A stretch of DNA of 64,000 bases from Candidatus Hydrogenedentota bacterium. GTDB lineage: Bacteria > Hydrogenedentota > Hydrogenedentia > Hydrogenedentales > SLHB01. The translations under genes were made by a program, and so were the position numbers. The stretch covers positions 15,755 to 79,754 of the forward strand of contig BTVY01000023.1 in the NCBI GenBank assembly GCA_045863335.1. Reading direction: 5' to 3'. The notes beneath the pieces are model-generated. The model was not told where the DNA came from. It saw only the letters and a program-made list of their open reading frames with translations, and did not search any database. Shown piece after piece: positions 27,601 through 35,195 of the stretch; position 1 is the stretch's first letter; each line of letters begins with the position of its first letter.

Positions 27601-28048
27601 CTTGCGCGTCGATCTGGCCTCCGACGAGAACTTTTCCATGAACCGGGAGATCATCGAGAATCTGTTGCTCCAGTCCGTCACCGCGGACATGACCGGCCTC
27701 AAACGGCTCAACAAACGCATTCGCGAGGACACCATCGGCGAAGGATCGCAACGCCCCTTCGAACGGGCAGTGGTCTCGTTGTCGCTCGAAGGCGACACTT
27801 ACGAGGAGCAACGACTGATTGGACCGGTGTCCCTGGAAAGCGAAATGCTCGACCTGTCCATCGACCTGGGCGTCGACCTGCTGGCTATTGCCAGCGCCAT
27901 GGAGCTCCAGCAACAGGCGCAGCTTGGCGAAGGTGATACGATATCCGCAGAACCTGTACAATGGGAGCTTCCTGGAGAGTCTTCCAATCCCGATTCGAAT
28001 AATTCGGACGATCCGTCGTCCAGTACGTCAAAGGAGGAGGAATCATGA
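24674..28048 (+). CDS. AsmA-like (YdbH/TamB-type) giant envelope protein
   Basis: 1124 aa, N-terminal TM anchor (LFATLLIALTVITLFVIGL), long repetitive beta-rich body, acidic C-terminal tail. Confidence 0.45.
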   Translation: MNVPTDSLPQGRRARWRRTLFATLLIALTVITLFVIGLPQRYALEYGLRSALGTNVRVTGLSIAPSVRIRELVVTGGADTPPVVIRGINLDYALNVDSIVTISTVYVESIALDLRQNEDGATNYAFAQRLLQGDLESKPSDEPPMDIAPYLPDSVVVGNLSILLESPQGNLSLDGLRMEADMESVLAMNARLLGENVHGFVAGAGLEEKQPVNGSIDLQFMRNMASMGFTASVALDGIATLDGTLHTIAAVGTTAAQLRIEEGRFLDDRFAALLPGGLRFESLDVSGTEVTMSSPPGIPWDVNANIHVDGKGIRYGVADHEWYEGDLQVRGNYDGERGDFEAVLNNGQRLSVLVSGEVEDIHVAATLIDWDRADLADALPKDFRPLLDELPHLSQIGASAEVRTQWPAYTVNASVDPLFTPEAGEGERFALRIAGEGNTNAAHEDLFHGKLNATLGEGELNVIIDADSAKRYNGDFKVAYIDMARWLTPIQQRVPIAPPPGTLNGSLRIRHEAEFAIEGELSLDADEPGPDVSLTFTAASETPESIIPMTGKGTVRFPTLEPEGSADINFRMTDKDLSVSSVLSNVNLASAVSLVNRDLMPEGMAATLTGSANVTRDSEQVSIALNVDAAPATIAGLTVPAEQPLHIEGTLRGPAALSELRAETLALRLTDDARVDIGNLAIAFSPFKVRGHLTGRVDFDYVGPIIGLPTVVGALTVDAPFTLIDGVLEAPLRLEGDGFGYGKWAGPYGTPVVLTGDARYALDTQSLGIGNAEVLWGESTRITSTQAAAVLSPFSLSAPFEVATDLAPLVDLRFLDAADGTATANGTLGIGSGQQTRVEYDLAARSLTLAGAVAAFGGLSSSGNLVYGESLDGRVRFAAAEAAAAGAVLTDPRGICMIENGVAQATHVEASLYGGRTAFDATVNILDMDEGGRLDAHLEGVDLDRFTKEYEPPSVVLTGIANGDVSLVWAANGLADLRVDLASDENFSMNREIIENLLLQSVTADMTGLKRLNKRIREDTIGEGSQRPFERAVVSLSLEGDTYEEQRLIGPVSLESEMLDLSIDLGVDLLAIASAMELQQQAQLGEGDTISAEPVQWELPGESSNPDSNNSDDPSSSTSKEEES

Positions 28049-28731
28049 AGCGTATCGGACTTGCATTGGCCACGACCGTGTCGCTCATCGCCCTCGGATG
28101 TGTCATCACCACGAAGCACAAGATCGATGCGCATATCGTGCTCGATATTCGCCATATTCAGGAACAGGCCGACGGGGTGCTCGACTATATCGAAGGCAAA
28201 ACGGACGAACTACCGGCCGCGGCCCCCCCTAAGGAAAGCATGGGTCCGACGATTCTGGAGCGCGCCTGCTACGCCATGCTCTCCACCCCCGTGGCCTACG
28301 CGGCGGAGCTGAAGGAATCTTCGCCCAAGGTCAAGGAACTCGCCGACAAGATGCGTGAGCGTCAGCCCAAGATCGAGGCGCTCAAGAAACAAGGCGCCAT
28401 CGGCGAAGATAACCGCGGTTATGCCACGCTCCGCGAAAGCGAAGCCATCGCGGATGCCGAGAAGAAGAACGAGGCGCAACAACTGATCGCCGCGGAAAAC
28501 GCGGACCGCAAAGCCCTCTACCGCGAAATCGCCACAGACAATGCCGACCAGAATGTTACGCTTACCACCGTAGAGCGGATCTTTGCGCAACGCCGTCTCA
28601 TGCGTGCCGCCGCCGGAGAGGTCTTTCAGTTGCCGCCAGCTGGTGACGACTTTGACAAGTTCAAGGCATCTCCCATGGGCCAGAAGCTCGGCGACGAATG
28701 CGCCCCCGGCGCCTGGGTCACCATGAAGTAG
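28045..28731 (+). CDS. Lipoprotein with YnbE-like N-terminal segment and DUF1318 (YdbL)-like C-terminal domain
   Basis: Signal + Cys (LIALGC); N-terminal KIDAHIVLDIRHIQEQADGVLDYIE resembles YnbE; C-terminal GAIGEDNRGYATLRES...RKALYREIATDNAD resembles DUF1318 (from memory). ATGA overlap with the upstream gene. Confidence 0.4.
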   Translation: MKRIGLALATTVSLIALGCVITTKHKIDAHIVLDIRHIQEQADGVLDYIEGKTDELPAAAPPKESMGPTILERACYAMLSTPVAYAAELKESSPKVKELADKMRERQPKIEALKKQGAIGEDNRGYATLRESEAIADAEKKNEAQQLIAAENADRKALYREIATDNADQNVTLTTVERIFAQRRLMRAAAGEVFQLPPAGDDFDKFKASPMGQKLGDECAPGAWVTMK

Positions 28732-28779
28732 GGTTTTCCAATCACACGACGCCGCGCTCTTCATGAGCGCTAGCAACCG

Positions 28780-28816
28780 AAGCGCCCGGGATTCACCTCC
28801 CGGGCGTTTGGGTTTC
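28780..28816 (+). terminator. Rho-independent terminator (GCGCCCGGGA-ttcacc-TCCCGGGCG + TTTGGGTTTCT)
   Basis: Hairpin plus T-rich tract after the lipoprotein gene; overlaps the 3' end of the convergent membrane-protein ORF. Confidence 0.4.
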
Positions 28817-31054
28817 TGGCGGCCGGCAACATTCAGTCTTCGCCGAAAGATCGTCCGTGTTTGTCCGTGTTCGTCCGTGTGGCCACGGCCAAAACAACAA
28901 GGCCACCGCAAAAATACCCAGCAACCCGAGTCCCAACCCAGACCACCGGACACCCACCTGAAAACTTTCGGGGTTAAAACGGAAGCGAATCTCCCGCTCG
29001 CCCGTTGGCACCACTACCCCCATGAAATCGCCGTTGACACGCAGAATGGGAAGTACTGAGTTGTCCACCGCGCTTGTAGCGTGCCACCCTTTGTGAAAGC
29101 TTTCGCTAAGAATTAGCAGTTGGGGTGTTTCCGCGCGCACGTGTACATGCACGTCCCCCGGTCGCGAAGTCACTAAGCTCACCTCGCCGTCGCCGGGGCG
29201 TATGCCAATCGCTTCCTCGACAAGCGCTGTCGTCGCGACGTCAATGGTCTGGATATCTCGCGCCGGAGAATCGCTCACGATTGCCGAGCCCGCGAGATAA
29301 ACCCGCGAAACCGGATCGCTCACCGGAATCCATCGACCCGGTTCGCGCGTCACATGGTCGTTCATGTAATACCGCGCACCCGGTTTCTCTTTGTAGGCAA
29401 CCCCGGCCGCGCGCAATGCAGCGTCGCCGGAGTAATCGAGATTGCGCCGCGGCAGCACACCGGCAAGACCGCTGGCCATATCGTACTCGGCCAGAGCCCA
29501 ACCGTTGCTCTCCGGCTTGCGGCCGGAGTACACGCGATACGGTCCAATGTCGCCAGGCCCAGGAAAGCGCTGAGCGAAACGCTCGATCGTGGTGGGCGTG
29601 CTCCACCAATGGAGAAAGTGCAACCCGTAAAGCGACTGGTCCAAGGCGGCCAGCACGAACAAAAGCGGTAGTGCAAACCGAAGCCTGTACGCGGCCCCGG
29701 CAACAAGGACCACACAGGCCGTGGTCGCCAAGGGACCCCACCAAAGCAAGGGTGGCGTGGACAAGTCGCCATTGAGCGCTATATCGAGGACACCCCCGTA
29801 CGCGAGCACGGCGAAGGCCCAGCTTGCGAGCGCAATCGCGACCGCCACCGCGACCGCACTGCGCTTCAGACTCCGGCTGCATGCCCTCTGAAGTTGATCA
29901 AAACCGATTCCCGCGATCGCCGCCGTGGCAAAAAAGAAGAGAACCAGGTACCGGCAAGGTCCTTTGAACAACGAAATGAGCGGAATCCAGTTCACGAGGC
30001 GGTGGAACCCGGTGTAAGGACCAAACGCTAGGAGGAGAGCAAGTACGGAACCCGCGAGTAAAAACACGACAAGTCTTCGTTGTCCGCCGAGGCGCGGCAT
30101 GCGCACCAATGCCCAGACCAGCAGGAACGCACACACGGCGCCGCCGTACATGGTGAACTCCTGCAGGTTACCGTAGAAGCTTCCGTACTCGAAGAGGAAT
30201 GGATTGAGCAGTTGCAGCAGGTTCAGCGGATGGAGCGAGAGGTAATTGCGAAGCGCATCCGCGTCGGCGATGCGATCGGAATTCAGAAGGAAGTCATAGC
30301 TCGGAAGCCATTGGGCCGCGCCGATCAGGAATCCGATACCCTTCGCGAGAAACAAGAGGATGGGGGTCCCCCAACGCCGGTGCCGGAACGTCAGTGCCAG
30401 CGTATAGGCCGCCTCGGCGAGTCCGATGATCCAGATGAACTGCGGATAACCGAGGAGCAGCTCCGATGCCGTCAGCAATGCCACTGCGATGACAGACCAT
30501 GCGCGCTGGCGCGGAGTCCTGCCAGTAAACGCGCCATCGATCGCGAGGAGAAGCCACGGCAGATGAACTGTCATCTCGACAAGATGCATATGCGCCGCGC
30601 GCAGAATGCCGAATCCGGAGAAGGCAAATAAGAAGGCGGCAAACAGCGCCGCCGCACGGCTCATGGACCAGCGGCGAAAAAGCAGGTAGCAACCCGACAA
30701 GATGGCTGGATAGCAGAGCAGCAGTTCGAGATTAAAGGCTACCTGTAGGGGCAGGAACCGGTAGAGCAGGTAGTGCAACGGATGCAGAAATCCACCTTGG
30801 CCTTCGCCGTGGATGTAGTGCCCGCACAACACCTGCGGCTCCCACAGGAAGGAGTCCCCGTTACGCAGGCAGTCCTGGTAGAAGGCGCGCGCGGGTAGAT
30901 GAAAGCCACCGAGGTCAATGTGGGTGTAAACCTTGCCAGTCAGCAAGGGGATAGACAGCGCGAACAGGACCGACGCACAACAGGCCAGGCCGACGCGGAG
31001 GAGGATCGTATCGCGGGGGTCGGTTTTGCGGCTTGGTTGTGATGTGGTTGGCAC
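28793..31054 (-). CDS. Large polytopic membrane protein (YfhO/glycosyltransferase-like fold suspected)
   Basis: 753 aa with >12 hydrophobic segments and a soluble C-terminal domain. Confidence 0.4.
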   Translation of the reverse strand: MPTTSQPSRKTDPRDTILLRVGLACCASVLFALSIPLLTGKVYTHIDLGGFHLPARAFYQDCLRNGDSFLWEPQVLCGHYIHGEGQGGFLHPLHYLLYRFLPLQVAFNLELLLCYPAILSGCYLLFRRWSMSRAAALFAAFLFAFSGFGILRAAHMHLVEMTVHLPWLLLAIDGAFTGRTPRQRAWSVIAVALLTASELLLGYPQFIWIIGLAEAAYTLALTFRHRRWGTPILLFLAKGIGFLIGAAQWLPSYDFLLNSDRIADADALRNYLSLHPLNLLQLLNPFLFEYGSFYGNLQEFTMYGGAVCAFLLVWALVRMPRLGGQRRLVVFLLAGSVLALLLAFGPYTGFHRLVNWIPLISLFKGPCRYLVLFFFATAAIAGIGFDQLQRACSRSLKRSAVAVAVAIALASWAFAVLAYGGVLDIALNGDLSTPPLLWWGPLATTACVVLVAGAAYRLRFALPLLFVLAALDQSLYGLHFLHWWSTPTTIERFAQRFPGPGDIGPYRVYSGRKPESNGWALAEYDMASGLAGVLPRRNLDYSGDAALRAAGVAYKEKPGARYYMNDHVTREPGRWIPVSDPVSRVYLAGSAIVSDSPARDIQTIDVATTALVEEAIGIRPGDGEVSLVTSRPGDVHVHVRAETPQLLILSESFHKGWHATSAVDNSVLPILRVNGDFMGVVVPTGEREIRFRFNPESFQVGVRWSGLGLGLLGIFAVALLFWPWPHGRTRTNTDDLSAKTECCRPPETQTPGR

Positions 31055-31236
31055 GGGTATCTTCCGGTTAATGGCTGGAAGATTGCCACGGTGAGGCTTC
31101 GGAATCCAGTGGAGGGAAGAGATATGGACCTGCGGTCCATGTGGGACATGGGCTGGAAGCCCATGGCACCTCGAATCACGACCTGGAAGGCCGTGCCACC
31201 TTCACGTGCCGCCTCTGGCGTCACGCGAAGTATCGG

Positions 31237-32301
31237 TCAGACCTTGCCGGACTCGATGGCGGCGACGGCTTTGCGGCCGAGCATGTGGACCATGACGATC
31301 AGCATGGCAAAGCGTTCGTCTGTGGTGAGCCCCTGTTTGTAGCGGTAGTAGATTTGTTGGACGATGACCGAAAGTTTAAGCAGGGCGAGAACGTAGTAGA
31401 AGAGGATACTCGAGATGTCGCGGCCGGTGCGGGCGGCGTAGGCCTCCGCAAGTTCCATGCGGGTCATGGCGCCGGGTTCGGTGGTGAGAAAGCACTGGAC
31501 CACGTGCATCTCCTCGTCGTCGGCCTGGATCCAATAGCCGAGGGAAGTGCCAAGGTCCGCCAGGGGATCGCCGATGGTCGCCATCTCCCAATCGAGCACG
31601 CCGAGAATCTTCGTGAGGTCATCCGGATCGAGCACGATGTTGTCGAACTTGTAATCGTTATGCACGAGCACGGCCCCGGTATCAGCCGGAATGCGTTCGT
31701 GAAGCCACGCGATGACACGATCGATCTCGGGAATGTCGTCGGTCTGCGAACCAGCGTAGCGCTTTGACCAACCTTTCACCTGACGTTCCACGTAGTTTTC
31801 GCCTTTGTACAGATCGGCAAGCCCGATGGCGCGATAATCCAGCGCGTGCAAATCGGCAAGATTCTCGATGAACGACTGGCAACACTGGCGCGTGAGGCCG
31901 GCTGTGTTTTCCAGCCCCTCCGGTTTTCTTGATCGAAGTATCACCCCCTTGATGCGTTCCATGACGTAGAACTGCGCGCCGATAATCGATTCGTCCTCGC
32001 AGAACGCCAAGGGGCTCGGCGCGGACGGATACACGGGATGTAATTTCGATAACACCACAAACTCGCGCCCCATATCATGGGCGGATTTCACCTTGCTCCC
32101 AAAGGGCGGACGCCGCAAAACGAGTTCTCGTTCGCCCGCGCGCAAAAGGTACGTCAGATTGGAATGGCCGCTCGGAAACTGCTCGACCACGATGGGTCCC
32201 TCCATGCCGGGCACAGCATCCGCCAGGTAGCGCGCGAGCGCCTCCGTGTCGAGTTCCTCTCCCTTGCGAACCGCGGCCGTGCCGTCAAGCGGACCCATCA
32301 T
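31237..32301 (-). CDS. Phosphotransferase (APH/choline-kinase-like) family kinase
   Basis: Brenner motif HNDYKFDNIVLD and DWEMATIGDPLADLG. The start ATG overlaps the ACAD stop (ATGA). Confidence 0.7.
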   Translation of the reverse strand: MMGPLDGTAAVRKGEELDTEALARYLADAVPGMEGPIVVEQFPSGHSNLTYLLRAGERELVLRRPPFGSKVKSAHDMGREFVVLSKLHPVYPSAPSPLAFCEDESIIGAQFYVMERIKGVILRSRKPEGLENTAGLTRQCCQSFIENLADLHALDYRAIGLADLYKGENYVERQVKGWSKRYAGSQTDDIPEIDRVIAWLHERIPADTGAVLVHNDYKFDNIVLDPDDLTKILGVLDWEMATIGDPLADLGTSLGYWIQADDEEMHVVQCFLTTEPGAMTRMELAEAYAARTGRDISSILFYYVLALLKLSVIVQQIYYRYKQGLTTDERFAMLIVMVHMLGRKAVAAIESGKV

Positions 32302-33515
32302 TGGTTCGCCCCCGACTTGATCGTGATGCCGTGACGTTTCAGGATGCGTTTCGCGACCGACTGCTTGTGAACTTCGTCCGGGCCATCGTAAATGCGCGCG
32401 GGCCGTTCGTGCCGGTAGAAGTGGGAGAGCACGGAGTCGTCCGTGACGCCGTAGCCGCCAAGACATTGCACCGCGCGATCGACGACGCGCTGCATGGTGT
32501 TCGCCACGGTGAATTTGATGAGCGAAATCTCTTCCCGCGCTTCCTTCGCGCCGTGCTGCTCGATGCACCAGGCCGCGTGCAACACCATGAGCCGCGCCGC
32601 ATTGATCTCTGCGCGGCTGTCGGCGATCCACTGTTGGACCATCTGCCGCGTGCCGAGCGGTACGCCCGGAGCAACTTCGCGTTTGGCCGCGTGGGCGCAC
32701 ATGATTTCAAAACTGCGTTCGCAGATCCCGATCCAGCGCATGCAGTGGTGGATGCGCCCTGGACCAAGCCGTTCCTGTGCGATGGCGAACCCCATGCCCT
32801 CGCCGCCGAGCAGGTTGGACTGCGGCACCCGGCAATCGTCAAAGCGAACCTCGCCGTGGCTGGCCCAATCCTCGCCTGCATCGCCCATGACGCCGATGTT
32901 GCGCACGTGCTTGTAGCCCGGGTTGTCGAGGGGCACGAGAATCATGCTCGCGCGGAAGTGAGGTTCCTGGTTCGGATCGGTCACCGCCATGACCACGGTG
33001 AACGAAGCGCCCTCGGCCGATGACGTGTACCACTTGTGACCGTTGATCACGTAGTCATCGCCGTCTTTCACCGCCGTCGTGCTCATCCATACCGGATTGG
33101 ATCCCGCATGCTCCGGCTCGGTCATGGCGAAACAACTGCGAATGTCCCCGCGCAACAACGGTTCGAGAAATGTTTTCTGCTGTTCCGGCGTGCCGAACTG
33201 AATGAGGATCTCCATGTTGCCCGCGTCGGGCGCCTGGCAATTGAAGCAATAGTGACCGAGCGGCGTGCGGCCCAGCTCTGCGCTCAGAAGACCATGCTCG
33301 ACCAGACTGAGCCCGAGCCCGCCGTGCTCTTTGGAAATCTGCGGGAGCCACCAGCCGCGCTTCTTGACGTCTTCGCGGATGCGCGCCAGTTCCGGCAACA
33401 GCGCCTTGAATCCCCGCGCGTGGTCTCTGCGCTCGAAGGGGTACAGCTCTTTCTCAACGAACTCCCGGACGGCGCCGAGAAAATCCTGCGTCTGTTGCGG
33501 TATCGAGAAATCCAT
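32298..33515 (-). CDS. Acyl-CoA dehydrogenase family protein (ACAD10/11-like)
   Basis: 405 aa with typical ACAD N-, middle- and C-domain pattern (AMTEPEHAGSNP, GHKWYTSSA, GGYGVTDD). Confidence 0.85.
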   Translation of the reverse strand: MDFSIPQQTQDFLGAVREFVEKELYPFERRDHARGFKALLPELARIREDVKKRGWWLPQISKEHGGLGLSLVEHGLLSAELGRTPLGHYCFNCQAPDAGNMEILIQFGTPEQQKTFLEPLLRGDIRSCFAMTEPEHAGSNPVWMSTTAVKDGDDYVINGHKWYTSSAEGASFTVVMAVTDPNQEPHFRASMILVPLDNPGYKHVRNIGVMGDAGEDWASHGEVRFDDCRVPQSNLLGGEGMGFAIAQERLGPGRIHHCMRWIGICERSFEIMCAHAAKREVAPGVPLGTRQMVQQWIADSRAEINAARLMVLHAAWCIEQHGAKEAREEISLIKFTVANTMQRVVDRAVQCLGGYGVTDDSVLSHFYRHERPARIYDGPDEVHKQSVAKRILKRHGITIKSGANQ

Positions 33516-33545
33516 GACCGGCTTCCTTTCTGCGGCAGGCCCCGC

Positions 33546-34265
33546 CTACCGGTACGTCCACAGCATGGGATCGTTGAGATGGGACATGCCATTAAATCCA
33601 TTTAAGGTGAAGCGCCCGTTTGTGAACAGGAACTCCGTGGTCGAAGCGTTCCGCACCTGCCACACCAGTTCGAGCGTCGCCTCAGGAGTCGTGTTAAGGG
33701 CCATACCGAGTGCGACCGCCGTCGGGCCGCCGGAAGTAAACGCGGCGATGCGCTCGCCTTTCTTCGCGCGGTCGAGGATGGACCGGTACGCCGTTGTCAC
33801 CCGATCCCGAAAGTCAGCGAAAGTCTCTATCGCGTCGTCCCGATACTGTTCGTTGGCCCAGTGCAACATGAGCTTCTCAAAGGCCTTTTGGAAGTTCTTC
33901 TCCTTCTCGCGCTTGTCCTGGACTTCCATAAACTTCTGCATGAGCAACAGGACTTGCTCATCCTCCGCACAAAGTTGGGGCATAAAACGCTTCGCCAATT
34001 TCTCGACGGCCATCTCCGCGATGGCCTCTTCGATTTGAATCTCAGGAAACGTCTCGCCGGCCTTCGCATAGCATTCCGCGACGATCTCCGCGGAACGGCG
34101 TTGCCGCGCCAGGGGACCGGAGTAGACGCGATCGAAGGCGATCCCATGGCGGACCCAGAACTCCCCAAGGTGGCGGCACTGTTCCTCCCCCAACGGGCTC
34201 AGTTTGTCGTAGTCTTCCTCGTGAAACGAAGCTTGCCCGTGGCGGACAAGAATGAGAACACCCAT
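33546..34265 (-). CDS. Histidine phosphatase (phosphoglycerate-mutase-like) family protein
   Basis: LVRHGQASF (RHG motif). Start set at MGVLILVRHGQ. Confidence 0.6.
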   Translation of the reverse strand: MGVLILVRHGQASFHEEDYDKLSPLGEEQCRHLGEFWVRHGIAFDRVYSGPLARQRRSAEIVAECYAKAGETFPEIQIEEAIAEMAVEKLAKRFMPQLCAEDEQVLLLMQKFMEVQDKREKEKNFQKAFEKLMLHWANEQYRDDAIETFADFRDRVTTAYRSILDRAKKGERIAAFTSGGPTAVALGMALNTTPEATLELVWQVRNASTTEFLFTNGRFTLNGFNGMSHLNDPMLWTYR

Positions 34266-34305
34266 TTTGTGCTGAGACTCCAATACGTGCGGTAGACCTT
34301 GATTG

Positions 34306-34588
34306 CAAATTCGAAATCCGAAGCACGAAATCCGAAAACAAATTCTAATAACCGAAATTCAAAAAGACCCGTTCTCGATCAAACCGAAACAACCAATCCT
34401 CGCGAAGACCTTGAACCATACCGAAACGCGAATCCTTCGTGGCTTGGACGCCGTCGCCCAAGACGTATTGTCGGAATAGCCTGAGCGCGGCTCCCAAAAC
34501 CTTGGGCGAGGACGCCCAAGCACGGGATATACTTTCGCGCTTTGAACATTAATCTGTTTCGGATTTCGTGCTTCGGATTTCGAGTTTA
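34306..34588. mobile_element. MITE/REP-like element copy A: ~38-bp terminal inverted repeats flanking a ~205-bp non-coding core
   Basis: TIR-L caaattcgaaatccgaagcacgaaatccgaaaacaaatt (34306-34344) versus the reverse complement of TIR-R aatctgtttcggatttcgtgcttcggatttcgagttta (34551-34588): ~36/39 identical. Each TIR holds two CGAAATCCGAA units. The core contains two related hairpins (cttggacgccgtcgcccaag, cttgggcgaggacgcccaag). Confidence 0.45.
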
Positions 34589-34599
34589 ATCCCCTTACC

Positions 34600-34932
34600 T
34601 TACGGAATCGACGGAGGCGGGACAAGGGGCTCTCCCGATTCCAGCGAACGGACCACCGCGTCCAGAATAGGCTCAAGGTCGGCCGCGGTCACATGCGAGT
34701 ACCAGACGTTGTCCGGAAACACCATGATGTTGGGGCCGTCCTCGCACTTGTCCATGCAGCCCGACTGACTGACTCGAATCCTTGAGCGAAGCTGCCGCGC
34801 CTTGACCATGGCTTTGAGCGTGTCACGCAGTTCTCCGCCGCCCGCGCTCATGCAGCAGACCCGCTCGCCCTCCGCGCGTTCGTTGGTGCAGACAAAGATG
34901 ATCTTCTCAAAGGGTAGCGAATTGACGTCCAT
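34600..34932 (-). CDS. (2Fe-2S) thioredoxin-like ferredoxin domain protein
   Basis: FVCTNERAEGERVCCMSAGG ... SGCMDKCEDGPNIMVFPDNVWY Cys pattern. Start trimmed to MDVNSL with a GAAGG RBS. Confidence 0.45.
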   Translation of the reverse strand: MDVNSLPFEKIIFVCTNERAEGERVCCMSAGGGELRDTLKAMVKARQLRSRIRVSQSGCMDKCEDGPNIMVFPDNVWYSHVTAADLEPILDAVVRSLESGEPLVPPPSIP

Positions 34933-35045
34933 AGCGCGCCTTCTGAAAGGTAAAGCCGTTCCTAGCCCCAGGATCGATGATGGCGGGATTATACAGAATT
35001 CCGTGCCAATCGGAACGTGCCCGGCGGTCACACCCGTTGCGGCCT

Positions 35046-35088
35046 TTCGAATTTTGGACATTCGAAATTGTTCCGGATTTCGGATTTG
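35046..35088. repeat. Solo copy of the CGAAATCCGAA-type terminal repeat (right-end-like orientation)
   Basis: ttcgaattttggacattcgaaattgttccggatttcggatttgg is ~75% identical to the right-end region of copy B (ttcgaatttataacatttgaatttgtttcggatttcgag). Confidence 0.3.
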
Positions 35089-35195
35089 GTTCTTTCGCGG
35101 CGCCATACCTTGTCCCTCACGATGCCATTCGATATGCTGTGGTCCAGGCGGCAACCGCTGCCATCGACTTCCATCACCGGCCTACGGGGTATCTT

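Noticed and set aside
31120-31180. Cluster of short palindromes (ggacctgcggtcc, ccatgtgggacatgg, catgggctggaagcccatg) between the kinase gene 3' end and the membrane-protein gene start.
   Set aside because: Short stems (5-8 bp) without U-tracts; within the range expected by chance in GC-rich DNA, so not reported as a feature.
34299-34676. Small ORFs (61 aa plus strand, 105 aa minus strand) inside repeat element A; similarly the small ORFs at 42667-42942 in copy B.
   Set aside because: Low-complexity translations (N/K/R/S runs) driven by the repeat sequence, with no RBS or conservation between copies; treated as non-coding.
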